Source of the DNA: Gemmatimonadaceae bacterium | GTDB lineage: Bacteria; Gemmatimonadota; Gemmatimonadetes; Gemmatimonadales; Gemmatimonadaceae | Length of the DNA: 55,458 nt | Reading direction: 5' to 3' | Assembly (NCBI GenBank): GCA_031419135.1 | Contig: JANOKE010000093.1 | Location: forward strand, 1 to 55,458 | Shown: positions 10,556-19,302 of the stretch, one piece after another | Numbering within the stretch: position 1 is the stretch's first letter | How the letters are laid out: each line of letters starts with the position of its first letter | Position numbers and translations under genes: made by a program | Notes under the pieces: model-generated | Databases searched by the model: none | The model's input: only the letters and a program-made list of their open reading frames with translations | What the model was told of the DNA's origin: nothing

Positions 10556-12631
10556 TCACGGATGTGAAGACGGGAGACGGGAGACGGGAGACGGGAGACG
10601 TCCCGGGACTGCTTTGGCCAAGGCCACTATGCGGTCGACTTGCTCTTCCTGGGTCAGGGTTGTCGTGTCGACGGTGATAGCGTCGCGAGCGGGTGCGCTT
10701 TGGGTGGCATCCTTGGCGTCTCTGGCTACCAAGGCCTCAGTTTCCCGTGCGATTTCCGGATCGGTGGGGCGCCGACCAAGCCGTTGGATCAGTCGGCGAC
10801 GAGCACGTTCCCACGGATCGGCAATGAGAAAAACCTTCAGCGTCGCCTCCGGAAAGACCGCCGTACCAATGTCGCGCCCGTCTACCACCACATCGGAAGA
10901 TCTGGCCGCGTGGCGGACCTGGGTGTTGACCCACTCGCGTACAAGCCTCATCTGGGCGACGCGTGAGACCTGCCGCGTGACCGGCGCGTCCCGGAGCGCC
11001 TCGTCCATCACCGTGCCGTCAATCAGCGGCAGTATTGACCGATCGGTGAGTCGCTGGCCAACCCGATGCGCCGCGGCAAGCAGCGACGTTGCCGTCCACG
11101 AGTCGGGTGGCGCGCCGCTCTTGAGACCCAACCAGGTGATGGCACGATAGAACGCGCCCGAGTCGACATGACGTACACCCAGACGCTGCGCGACCCATTG
11201 CGCGGTTGAACTTTTGCCAGAGGCGGCCGGACCGTCGATGGCAATCACCAGATGTGACTCGCGATGTTGTGTGGCGGTTGGCGCCGCGACTCGGGGTTGA
11301 TCTCCAACCACCCGCGCGAGCTCGGACCAGAATTGCGGATAGGAAACCGACACGCAATCGGGATGGTCGATCGTGATGCGATTGCCTGGCAACGCGCCAA
11401 GCACACCGAACGCCATGGCGAGTCGATGATCGCCGTACGTGACCACGCGCCCCTGCAGTGAATGCTGGGAACCGACAATGCGCATGCCGTCGGGAAATTC
11501 TTCCACGTCAACGCCAAGGGCTCGCAGGTTCATTACCACCGCGCTGATCCGATCACTCTCTTTGACCCGCAACTCGGTCGCGTCGGAGATACGCGTTTCT
11601 CCGTTGGCGCGTGCAGCGAGACAGGCCAGCAACGGCAGTTCATCAATGCACCGCGGGACCTCGTCGCCGCCAATTCGCGTGCCATGCAGGCGTCCAGGTC
11701 GCACGACCACGGTGCCAACGGTTTCGCCACCAGCCACGCGTTCGTCTTCCAGCCGCAGCAAAACACCCATGCGTCCCATCACGTCGAAGGCACCGATGCG
11801 CGTGGGGTTGAGACACACATCGGTGAGGCGCAATTCTCCGTCGTCGGCAAGCGCGGTAAGCGCCGCGAAGAAGGCCGCCGACGACGGATCTGCCGGCACG
11901 TCGATGTTGAGCGGCTGAACCTGCTGTGCCGCCCCCAGCCGCACGCCGTTCGCCAGCACGTCCAGCGATACGCCACGAGCCGTCAACATGCGTTCTGTGT
12001 GGTCGCGTGAACGAACGGGCTCACGCACGTATACGGATACACCCGATGCCAGCCCCGCCAGCAGCAGCGCGCCTTTCACCTGCGCGCTGGCATGCGCGTT
12101 CTCCCACACGATGGGCTGCAATGCGGCCCCGTGTACGCGCATGGGCAGCCCCTCGTGTCCGTCATCGCCTTCGAATTCAACGCGCGCTCCCATGGCGCGC
12201 AGGGGAACGGCAACGCGTCGCATAGGACGGGCACTCAAACTCGCATCGCCTTCGAACCGTGCGTTGCGCCCGCGCAGCCCTGCCACCAGCCCAGTGAGCA
12301 GCCGCGTGGTGGTGCCGCTGTTGCCGCAGTCCAATGGCGCATCGGGCGAGCGAAGCCCGTCCACGCCAACTCCCTGCACCGTAATATCGGCGCCCAGGGG
12401 AGGAACACTGACGCCCATCGCGCGCAGGGCAGCCGCGGTGGCCTGAATATCGGCCGACTCGAGAATATCACGCACGCGCGATGGACCGACGGCCAATGCG
12501 GCAAAGATGAGTGCGCGATGACTGATGGACTTGTCGCCAGGTGCTCGCACCTCGCCTTTCACCACGAATGGTGCGCGTATGCGCGCGGCTGCGGGCGCGT
12601 CGGCGCCGTCAGGCTGCGTCAGCGGAGCCAC
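10556..12631 (-). CDS. aroA: Fused EPSP synthase (AroA) and cytidylate kinase (Cmk)
   Basis: PGDKSISHR, GNSGTTTR, RDHTERML, KESDRI and DHRLAM, then in frame IAIDGPAASGKSS, DGRDIGT and RD..D. Confidence 0.93.
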   Translation of the reverse strand: MAPLTQPDGADAPAAARIRAPFVVKGEVRAPGDKSISHRALIFAALAVGPSRVRDILESADIQATAAALRAMGVSVPPLGADITVQGVGVDGLRSPDAPLDCGNSGTTTRLLTGLVAGLRGRNARFEGDASLSARPMRRVAVPLRAMGARVEFEGDDGHEGLPMRVHGAALQPIVWENAHASAQVKGALLLAGLASGVSVYVREPVRSRDHTERMLTARGVSLDVLANGVRLGAAQQVQPLNIDVPADPSSAAFFAALTALADDGELRLTDVCLNPTRIGAFDVMGRMGVLLRLEDERVAGGETVGTVVVRPGRLHGTRIGGDEVPRCIDELPLLACLAARANGETRISDATELRVKESDRISAVVMNLRALGVDVEEFPDGMRIVGSQHSLQGRVVTYGDHRLAMAFGVLGALPGNRITIDHPDCVSVSYPQFWSELARVVGDQPRVAAPTATQHRESHLVIAIDGPAASGKSSTAQWVAQRLGVRHVDSGAFYRAITWLGLKSGAPPDSWTATSLLAAAHRVGQRLTDRSILPLIDGTVMDEALRDAPVTRQVSRVAQMRLVREWVNTQVRHAARSSDVVVDGRDIGTAVFPEATLKVFLIADPWERARRRLIQRLGRRPTDPEIARETEALVARDAKDATQSAPARDAITVDTTTLTQEEQVDRIVALAKAVPGRLPSPVSRLPSSHP
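10568..10600. repeat. Heptamer tandem repeat (AGACGGG) x4.7
   Basis: Read directly: four copies of AGACGGG followed by AGACG. Confidence 0.95.
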
Positions 12632-13470
12632 GCCTCGAGCGCCGTTGCCGCATCGGTTCGATCGTCGCGGTATTTCACGATCACAGGTGTCTGCAACGAC
12701 AACCCTTCGCGTTCGCCAAACGCCGAACTGACCCGGCGCGCCCCTGGTACCACCACGGCGCCCTCAGGGATCACGAGCGGTGAATCGGCCGTGGCCCGGT
12801 GCACGGTCTCACGCACGAGATCATACACCGGTGTGCCGCGCGTGAGAATCACGCCCGCGCCGATTACTGCACGCGATCGCACCACGGTGCCTTCGTACAC
12901 GCCACAGTTGCCCCCAACGATCACGTCGTCCTCGATCACCACGGGTGACGCATTGATGGGTTCCAGCACCCCTCCGATCTGTGCCGCCGCGCTCAAGTGC
13001 ACGCGCTCGCCGATCTGGGCGCACGAACCCACCAGCGCATGCGAATCGATCATGGTGCCGCGACCAACCCAGGCGCCCACATTCACGAACATCGGCGGCA
13101 TGCACACCACCGAGGGCGCGAGATAGGCGCCACGTCGCACGGTGGATCCGCCGGGAACAATGCGCACCTGATGCTCAAGACGAAAATCGCGCGCCGGAAA
13201 GGTGTGCTTGTCGAAAAAGTGAAACGGCGCGCTGGTAGACATCTCCACGACCCGACCGATTCGGAATCCCAACAGAATGGCGCGTTTCACCCACGGCACG
13301 GCGTGCCACTGACCACTTGCGTCGCGGCGTGCAGCGCGGATCTCACCACGCTCCAGCAGCGCAATGGCATGATCGAACACATGCTGCGCGTCGGTGGGCA
13401 GCGGACACCCGCTCTCAAGAATCTGCGGATCGGTTAGTCGCGCTTCGAGTTCAGCGAGGGAGAAGGCCAT
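12619..13470 (-). CDS. dapD: Tetrahydrodipicolinate N-succinyltransferase
   Basis: WVKRAILLGF, VGSCAQIG..VHLS and GGVLEP...PVVIED hexapeptide repeats. Confidence 0.95.
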   Translation of the reverse strand: MAFSLAELEARLTDPQILESGCPLPTDAQHVFDHAIALLERGEIRAARRDASGQWHAVPWVKRAILLGFRIGRVVEMSTSAPFHFFDKHTFPARDFRLEHQVRIVPGGSTVRRGAYLAPSVVCMPPMFVNVGAWVGRGTMIDSHALVGSCAQIGERVHLSAAAQIGGVLEPINASPVVIEDDVIVGGNCGVYEGTVVRSRAVIGAGVILTRGTPVYDLVRETVHRATADSPLVIPEGAVVVPGARRVSSAFGEREGLSLQTPVIVKYRDDRTDAATALEAWLR

Positions 13471-13478
13471 GACGAAGG

Positions 13479-14369
13479 TTACGAGAGCGCGTTGGCGGAT
13501 GCGAGGGCACGATGCACCGTATCGTGGTGCACCTCGGACAGCGGGACGAGGGGGAGTCGCAACACGTTGTCCATGCGGGCCTGCATGTGCAACATCGCCT
13601 TCACCGGAATCGGATTGGATTCGATGAACGCCGCGTGAATGACAGGGGCAAGTCGCGCGTCCAGGCGCCGCGCGTCGGCCAGATCACCGCGCGTCATGGC
13701 ATTGCACAGCGACGCCGTGAGATGCGGCACCACATTCGAGACCACCGAAATCACGCCCTCGCCTCCATGCGCCATCACCGCCAGCGTGAAGCCGTCGTCG
13801 CCCGACAGGACCGCGAAGCCGTCTGGACGTTCGCGCAGGATGTCGGTGATCTGCGTCAAATTGCCGGACGCCTCCTTGACGCCCACGAAACGCGGATCTT
13901 GCGCCAGAGCGAGACAGGTGCGCACCTCCAGATTGATCGCCGATCGGCTCGGTACGTTGTACAACACGATGGGCAGGTCGCACGCATCAGCAATGGCGCG
14001 GAAGTGTGCCATGAGCGCGCGTTGCGGCGGCTTGTTATACATGGGTGTCACGTGCAGCAAGTGCGTGGCACCTGCAGCCTTGGCCTCCCGTGACAACGCG
14101 ATGGCCTTCTGCGTATCGTTGGAACCTGCGCCCGCCACCACGGGCACCCGCCGGTTCACCTGCTCCACGGTGATCTCGACGACACGCCGATGTTCCAGCG
14201 GACTGAGCGTGACGGCCTCGCCTGTCGAACCACACGGCACCACGAAGTGCACGCCTTCGCGCACCTGCCACTCCACGAACGCGCGAAGCGCCGTTTCGTC
14301 CACCGCACCGGTGCCCGTGAACGGCGTGACCAGCGCAGTGCCACATCCGTGCAGTGCCCGTACGGTCAT
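13479..14369 (-). CDS. dapA: 4-hydroxy-tetrahydrodipicolinate synthase
   Basis: ALVTPF, GSTGE, LYNVPSR, GVKEASG and ESNPIPVK; ATG 14369 overlaps the dapB stop (ATGA). Confidence 0.96.
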   Translation of the reverse strand: MTVRALHGCGTALVTPFTGTGAVDETALRAFVEWQVREGVHFVVPCGSTGEAVTLSPLEHRRVVEITVEQVNRRVPVVAGAGSNDTQKAIALSREAKAAGATHLLHVTPMYNKPPQRALMAHFRAIADACDLPIVLYNVPSRSAINLEVRTCLALAQDPRFVGVKEASGNLTQITDILRERPDGFAVLSGDDGFTLAVMAHGGEGVISVVSNVVPHLTASLCNAMTRGDLADARRLDARLAPVIHAAFIESNPIPVKAMLHMQARMDNVLRLPLVPLSEVHHDTVHRALASANALS

Positions 14370-15109
14370 CGCGGAGGTCCGTGGTCGAGGTGAGCGAGCG
14401 TGGCCAGGGGTAGCGACAGCACATCCTGCAGCGAATAGAGTGCCGGTAGGCGACCAGCGGCAAGCCACTGTGCGGCGGTTAACGCACCGTCCGCAAACAC
14501 CCGCCGGTCTCGCGCTTCGTGCGTAAAGCGAATTTGTTCGAAGGGCGCATCGAACACGACTTCATGCGTGCCCGGCACCGATCCTACGCGCACGCTCGTA
14601 ACAGGCACCGTGTGACCCAGGCCGAACGCAACCCGCTCAGCGAGTGCGATCGCCGTACCCGACGGTGCGTCGCGCTTGGCCGTGTGATGCGTTTCAATGA
14701 CATGGGTATCGAACGCCGACACGCCGCGCAGCCTGCGCGCGGCGTCTTCCACGAAAGCGAGAAAGAGCTGGACACCCAGCGAGAAATTCGGTGCCCACAG
14801 CGCCGCGCAGCGAAACCGGTCGATACCCGTCTCGAGGGCACTGCGCTGCGCTGACCAGCCCGTCGTGCCAATCACCACCGGACATCCGAGCGCAAGACAG
14901 GCCACGGCATTGTCGATCGCGCATTCCGGCTGCGTGAACTCAATAGCCACCTGCGCACCCTGCAGATCGTCACGCGTCAGTCCGCGCTGCATCTCCGCGG
15001 CATCCAACCGGGCCACGATCTCGACGCCGCGTTCGGGCGCGAGGGCGTCGAGCGCGCGCCCCATCCGCCCCATGCCAACCAGCGCGACGCGCACCGGGAC
15101 GTCGGTCAT
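14366..15109 (-). CDS. dapB: 4-hydroxy-tetrahydrodipicolinate reductase
   Basis: GMGRMG, IGTTG, APNFSLG and ETHH..KRDAPSGTA. Confidence 0.95.
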   Translation of the reverse strand: MTDVPVRVALVGMGRMGRALDALAPERGVEIVARLDAAEMQRGLTRDDLQGAQVAIEFTQPECAIDNAVACLALGCPVVIGTTGWSAQRSALETGIDRFRCAALWAPNFSLGVQLFLAFVEDAARRLRGVSAFDTHVIETHHTAKRDAPSGTAIALAERVAFGLGHTVPVTSVRVGSVPGTHEVVFDAPFEQIRFTHEARDRRVFADGALTAAQWLAAGRLPALYSLQDVLSLPLATLAHLDHGPPR

Positions 15110-16461
15110 GCCGCCACACCAAAAAACGTGTGATGCAAGCGCTGTAGCGCGCCAACCACCTCGGCGTCGTCGATCACCAGCGTGAAGTTGATACCGGTGG
15201 CGCTGAGCGACGCCATGTACACCGGAATCGGTCCCAATGCGGCAATGGCATCGGCCAACGCCCCTCCACCATCGGCAATGCCGGCACCAACGATGGCGAC
15301 AATGCCCCGATGGCGTTCCACCGCGACGTCGCCAAACTGCATGAGGTCGGCGACGACCGCATCAAGATTGGTGGGATCATCGAGCGTGACTGAGATGGAT
15401 ACCTCGGACGTTGCCACCACATCGACCGATGTACGATGCGTTTCGAATACCTGAAACACGCGCCGCAGGAACCCGGGCGCCAACAGCATGCGGGCCGACC
15501 GCAGCTTGATGACCGTGGTATTGCGCTTCCCCGCAATCGCGCGCACGGCCATGCGGGGCGCGTCAAATGCGATCATCGTGCCCCGTCCGTCGGGATGACG
15601 CGAATTGAACACGTATACGGGTATGCCGCGTTGCACGGCGGGAGCAATCGTGCTGGGATGCAGCACCTTGGCGCCGAACGAAGCCAGTTCGGCTGCCTCA
15701 TCGAATCGAATACGCTCAATGAGCCGGGCGTCGGGCACGATACGCGGATCGGCGGTCAGCATGCCGTCTACGTCGGTCCAGATTTCGATCGCGTCTGCCT
15801 GAACCGCGGCGCCAACCAGCGACGCTGAAAAATCGGACCCTCCACGACCAAGGGTGGTGGTAACGCGACCGGGCGCACAGCCCACGAACCCACCCATCAC
15901 GGGAATCTGGCCGCGCTGCACGAGTGGCACGAGGTGTTGCTCTGCGGCGCGTTCGATTTCCGGCAGATTCGGTTCGGCCCGTGTGAAGATGTCGTTTGTT
16001 TTCAGGACATCGCGTGCGTCAACGAACACGGCGGGCAATCCACGATGCCGAAACGCCGCCGCAACGATTTGCGACGACAGCAACTCGCCAATCGCGGCGA
16101 CCGCATCGAGCGAGCGCGGAGTGAGATAGCCCAATGTGCGAAACGCCTCGGCCAGATGAGCCAGTTCATCGAAGCCCACGCTGATGTCGGCGGCAATGTC
16201 ATCGGCTTCCGACGAACCGTTCAACAGCGTTGCGGCCTCGCGAAGGTGACGCTCTCGCAACTGTTCGGTGAGCTGGAGTGCCACCAGCAAGTCGGAGGCA
16301 GCCGCTTTGTGCGCGATGTCCAGCAGTTGGTTGGTGGCACCACCCAACGCTGATACTACCACGATAGGCCCACGCGCCGCCTTGCCGCGAATGATGGACA
16401 CGGCGCGATCGATCGCCGCCGCATCCTGCACCGAGGTGCCACCGAACTTGCAAACGATCAC
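15106..16461 (-). CDS. lysC: Aspartate kinase
   Basis: KFGGTSV, TLGRGGSDF, WTDVDG..TADPR and FGAKVLHP; ACT domains. Confidence 0.95.
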   Translation of the reverse strand: MIVCKFGGTSVQDAAAIDRAVSIIRGKAARGPIVVVSALGGATNQLLDIAHKAAASDLLVALQLTEQLRERHLREAATLLNGSSEADDIAADISVGFDELAHLAEAFRTLGYLTPRSLDAVAAIGELLSSQIVAAAFRHRGLPAVFVDARDVLKTNDIFTRAEPNLPEIERAAEQHLVPLVQRGQIPVMGGFVGCAPGRVTTTLGRGGSDFSASLVGAAVQADAIEIWTDVDGMLTADPRIVPDARLIERIRFDEAAELASFGAKVLHPSTIAPAVQRGIPVYVFNSRHPDGRGTMIAFDAPRMAVRAIAGKRNTTVIKLRSARMLLAPGFLRRVFQVFETHRTSVDVVATSEVSISVTLDDPTNLDAVVADLMQFGDVAVERHRGIVAIVGAGIADGGGALADAIAALGPIPVYMASLSATGINFTLVIDDAEVVGALQRLHHTFFGVAA

Positions 16462-17543
16462 GGTGCGGCAAGACCCGCGAGTTGCCCCGTGGCGACCAGC
16501 AGTTCCGCATTGAGAATCGACCCACCGGCGGCACCGCGAATCACGTTGTGCGCCATGGCCACCAGTCGCAGATCCAATAGCGGATCGGGGCGCACGCGCC
16601 CGATGGTGACCGCCATGCCGTTGCCCGACGGCCCATCGCGTCGCGGTTGCGGTCGATCAGGTTCATCGCGCACAATCAGCGCCGGTGACGGCGCACTTGG
16701 CAGCCCCTGCACGGCGGGCACGCCGGTCCACTCTCTGAGTACACGCGTGGCTTGTTCTGGCGTTGGTCGACGCTCGAACGCCACCGACATGCACACCGTG
16801 TGTCCGTGCTCGACCGGAACGCGATTGGCGTGCGCACTGGTGACGATAGCGGCGGGGATGATGGACATGCCGTCGAACGTTCCCAGCAATTTGGTGATTT
16901 CAGTTTCGATTTTCGGTTCTTCGTCTCCGATGTACGGGATCACATTGCCGAGAATATCGAGTGACGGTACGCCGGGGTAGCCAGCACCGGAGACAGCCTG
17001 CATGGTGCTGACGAACAGTTTGCGCACGCCGAATACGGCGTGCAACGGCGCCAACGCCATGGCAACCACAGTGACGGCGCAATTCGCATTCGTCACAATG
17101 CCGCCGGGCCACCCGCGCTCACGCCGCTGCCGGGTAAGCAGACCCAAGTGATCGCCGTTCACTTCGGGAATGACCAGCGGGACATCCGGCGCCATGCGAT
17201 AGTTCCTGGCGTTGCTAAGCACGAGTCGCCCTGCGGCGGCGAAGCAAGCTTCAACGTCACCCGCCACTGCCGAGTCGAGCGCCGAAAACACGAGGGGTGC
17301 GCGCACCGCCGCCGGATTGCACGGCAACACGGTGAGATTGGCTACCCTTTCGGACAACACCCCTTCCAGCCAGCGCGATGCTTCGCGATACGATTTACCG
17401 GAGCTGCGTTCGGACGCGGCGACTTCGACGAGGTCGAACCACGGATGTCCGGCCAGCAAACGGATGAAGGCCTGGCCGACGGCACCGGTGGCGCCGAGCA
17501 CCGCGACCGGCCAACGAATGGGTGTCTGCAGGATGTCGGTCAT
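16458..17543 (-). CDS. asd: Aspartate-semialdehyde dehydrogenase
   Basis: LGATGAVGQ, PEVN, NANC, QAVSGAG and HN.IRGAAG. Confidence 0.96.
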   Translation of the reverse strand: MTDILQTPIRWPVAVLGATGAVGQAFIRLLAGHPWFDLVEVAASERSSGKSYREASRWLEGVLSERVANLTVLPCNPAAVRAPLVFSALDSAVAGDVEACFAAAGRLVLSNARNYRMAPDVPLVIPEVNGDHLGLLTRQRRERGWPGGIVTNANCAVTVVAMALAPLHAVFGVRKLFVSTMQAVSGAGYPGVPSLDILGNVIPYIGDEEPKIETEITKLLGTFDGMSIIPAAIVTSAHANRVPVEHGHTVCMSVAFERRPTPEQATRVLREWTGVPAVQGLPSAPSPALIVRDEPDRPQPRRDGPSGNGMAVTIGRVRPDPLLDLRLVAMAHNVIRGAAGGSILNAELLVATGQLAGLAAP

Positions 17544-18532
17544 GCGAGGAGTGCGTGGACGATTCGTTGGTAGGCGCTCACCGAGGCTTCGAGTTCGGCC
17601 GTATCGATGTATTCGATGGGGGTGTGCGCTACATGAATGGAGCCGGGCCCAAACAACAGCGGCGTACCCCAGCGATCAAGCAGTGGGATGTCGCTGGTGT
17701 AGGCAACGGCCTCCACCTCGAATCCGGGAATCACGTGAAAGTGCTGTGCTGGAATGTGCGAGCCCCAGACCAACTCGGCGCGATCGCCGGCCCACGCGGT
17801 AAAGGCTTCGCGCACGGGGGCGACGTCACCGACAAGTCGGATCATGATCTCGGCCTCGGCCAGCCCAGGGACAACATTGGCTTCCGTGCCGGCGCGCAAC
17901 ACGCCGATGTTGCAGGTCGTTGCACCGAGAATGGGATCGACCGGTAAGGCCAGCGTGCGCAGTTTGGGCAACAGGTCCAGCAGCGGTTCCACCGCGCTGC
18001 TTCCCAGGTGCGCGTACGCCGAATGTGCTTCACGTCCACGCACCCGCACGATCACGCGCTGGGCGCCCTTGCCACCCGACGCGAGCTTGCTTTCAGTTGG
18101 TTCGCCATTCACGAGCCACTTGCTGGTGGCTGGCAATCGATTGGCGGCCCGAGCGCCGGGTGAGCCTTTTTCCTCACCAACCACGAACAGCAGGTCTACC
18201 CGTTCTTCGCCATCGTCGGCCAATTGTTGGGCGGCAATGAGCATGGCGGCAGCGATTCCCTTCGCATCGCAGGCACCGCGCCCGTACAGCCGGTTGCCTT
18301 CCAGTCGAGGGGCAACGAACGGGGGCACGGTATCGAGATGGGTGGAGAGCGTCACCCCACCACCGCGTCGGGTGGCCCACACGTTGGAGCGCTGCGCCTC
18401 AACCTCCTGCAGCGTGACGTTCCAGCCGCGTGTGATCAGCCAACGGGCAACGAAATCCACCGCGTCCTTTTCGCGACCGGTGGTGGATTCGAGGGACAGC
18501 AATTCCGAGGCGAGCGCGACGACGTCTGACAT
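17540..18532 (-). CDS. M20-family metallo-deacylase (ArgE/DapE-like)
   Basis: THLDTVP, GRGACDAKG, GEE, GEPT and AHTPIE; heads the dap operon. Confidence 0.88.
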   Translation of the reverse strand: MSDVVALASELLSLESTTGREKDAVDFVARWLITRGWNVTLQEVEAQRSNVWATRRGGGVTLSTHLDTVPPFVAPRLEGNRLYGRGACDAKGIAAAMLIAAQQLADDGEERVDLLFVVGEEKGSPGARAANRLPATSKWLVNGEPTESKLASGGKGAQRVIVRVRGREAHSAYAHLGSSAVEPLLDLLPKLRTLALPVDPILGATTCNIGVLRAGTEANVVPGLAEAEIMIRLVGDVAPVREAFTAWAGDRAELVWGSHIPAQHFHVIPGFEVEAVAYTSDIPLLDRWGTPLLFGPGSIHVAHTPIEYIDTAELEASVSAYQRIVHALLA

Positions 18533-19264
18533 GCGCGGAAAATAGCGCGGCGCGGGGCGTGGCGCGCATTGGCAATTCGAACATCAATCGTCCGGACGCC
18601 ACGACCTCGATTGGCAACAGAGCACAACACCCGCCACAGCGTCCTGTCTACGCCGCCGCGGGTGCGGACGATATCAATGACTCAGAGCTACCTGACCGGA
18701 CACTTCAACGGGGCCTTTCCGCTTCCCCGCTGGGTCGACGGGCGTCGTGCGCAAGGACATCACGGTGGTCGATCCTCCTTTGTCACGCTCTCCAAGAAAT
18801 CGCAAAACTGTGATTTTTCGGAGACGCGCCAGTTGTAGGTGCTCGCCGCTCGCACAGTAGAAATGCTCCGCGACGCGCAGACTCTGCTGGCGCTACGGCC
18901 TGGTCGGCACGTGGCCGGTAAAACCAGCCTGTCCCGACGGACGCGTCGTGCCGCTCCAGTCGTCGCCGCCCAAGCAGTTGATTCCCATGTTGCTACGATC
19001 CCAGTGCATCGCCTTCGTCGGAAGCACGGCGCCTGCCGGACGCGATCCGTGACAGCTCGCGTTGACGTGTCCGCGTCCCCTGTTGGCGAAGACAACCTGC
19101 CGTTGGACGGTCCAATCACTGGATCGCCTTTGCCATCGAAGAAGACGCAACCATTGTCGACCGAAAGCGAGGATTCTGCCGCTCGGCGCGAGGACGAATC
19201 GATCAATGGCTGCATTAACGTGTCTGAGAACGTTGATGACGCGCTTCAGCACTTGATCCGGTAA

Positions 19265-19293
19265 GGCGGGCGGGGCCGATTCCCCGCCCCGCC
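19265..19293. terminator. GC-rich hairpin downstream of the islet gene
   Basis: GGCGGGCGGGG, CCGATT loop, CCCCGCCCCGCC; no clear U-tract. Confidence 0.45.
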
Positions 19294-19302
19294 CACCGCA
19301 TT

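Noticed and set aside
18533-18840. Lysine or glycine riboswitch upstream of the dap operon
   Set aside because: A GGAGAG is present, but the other conserved elements of either riboswitch were not found
18839-19264. 141-aa + strand ORF ending at the hairpin
   Set aside because: No RBS or recognisable motif and low-information composition; not supportable as a gene without a homology search
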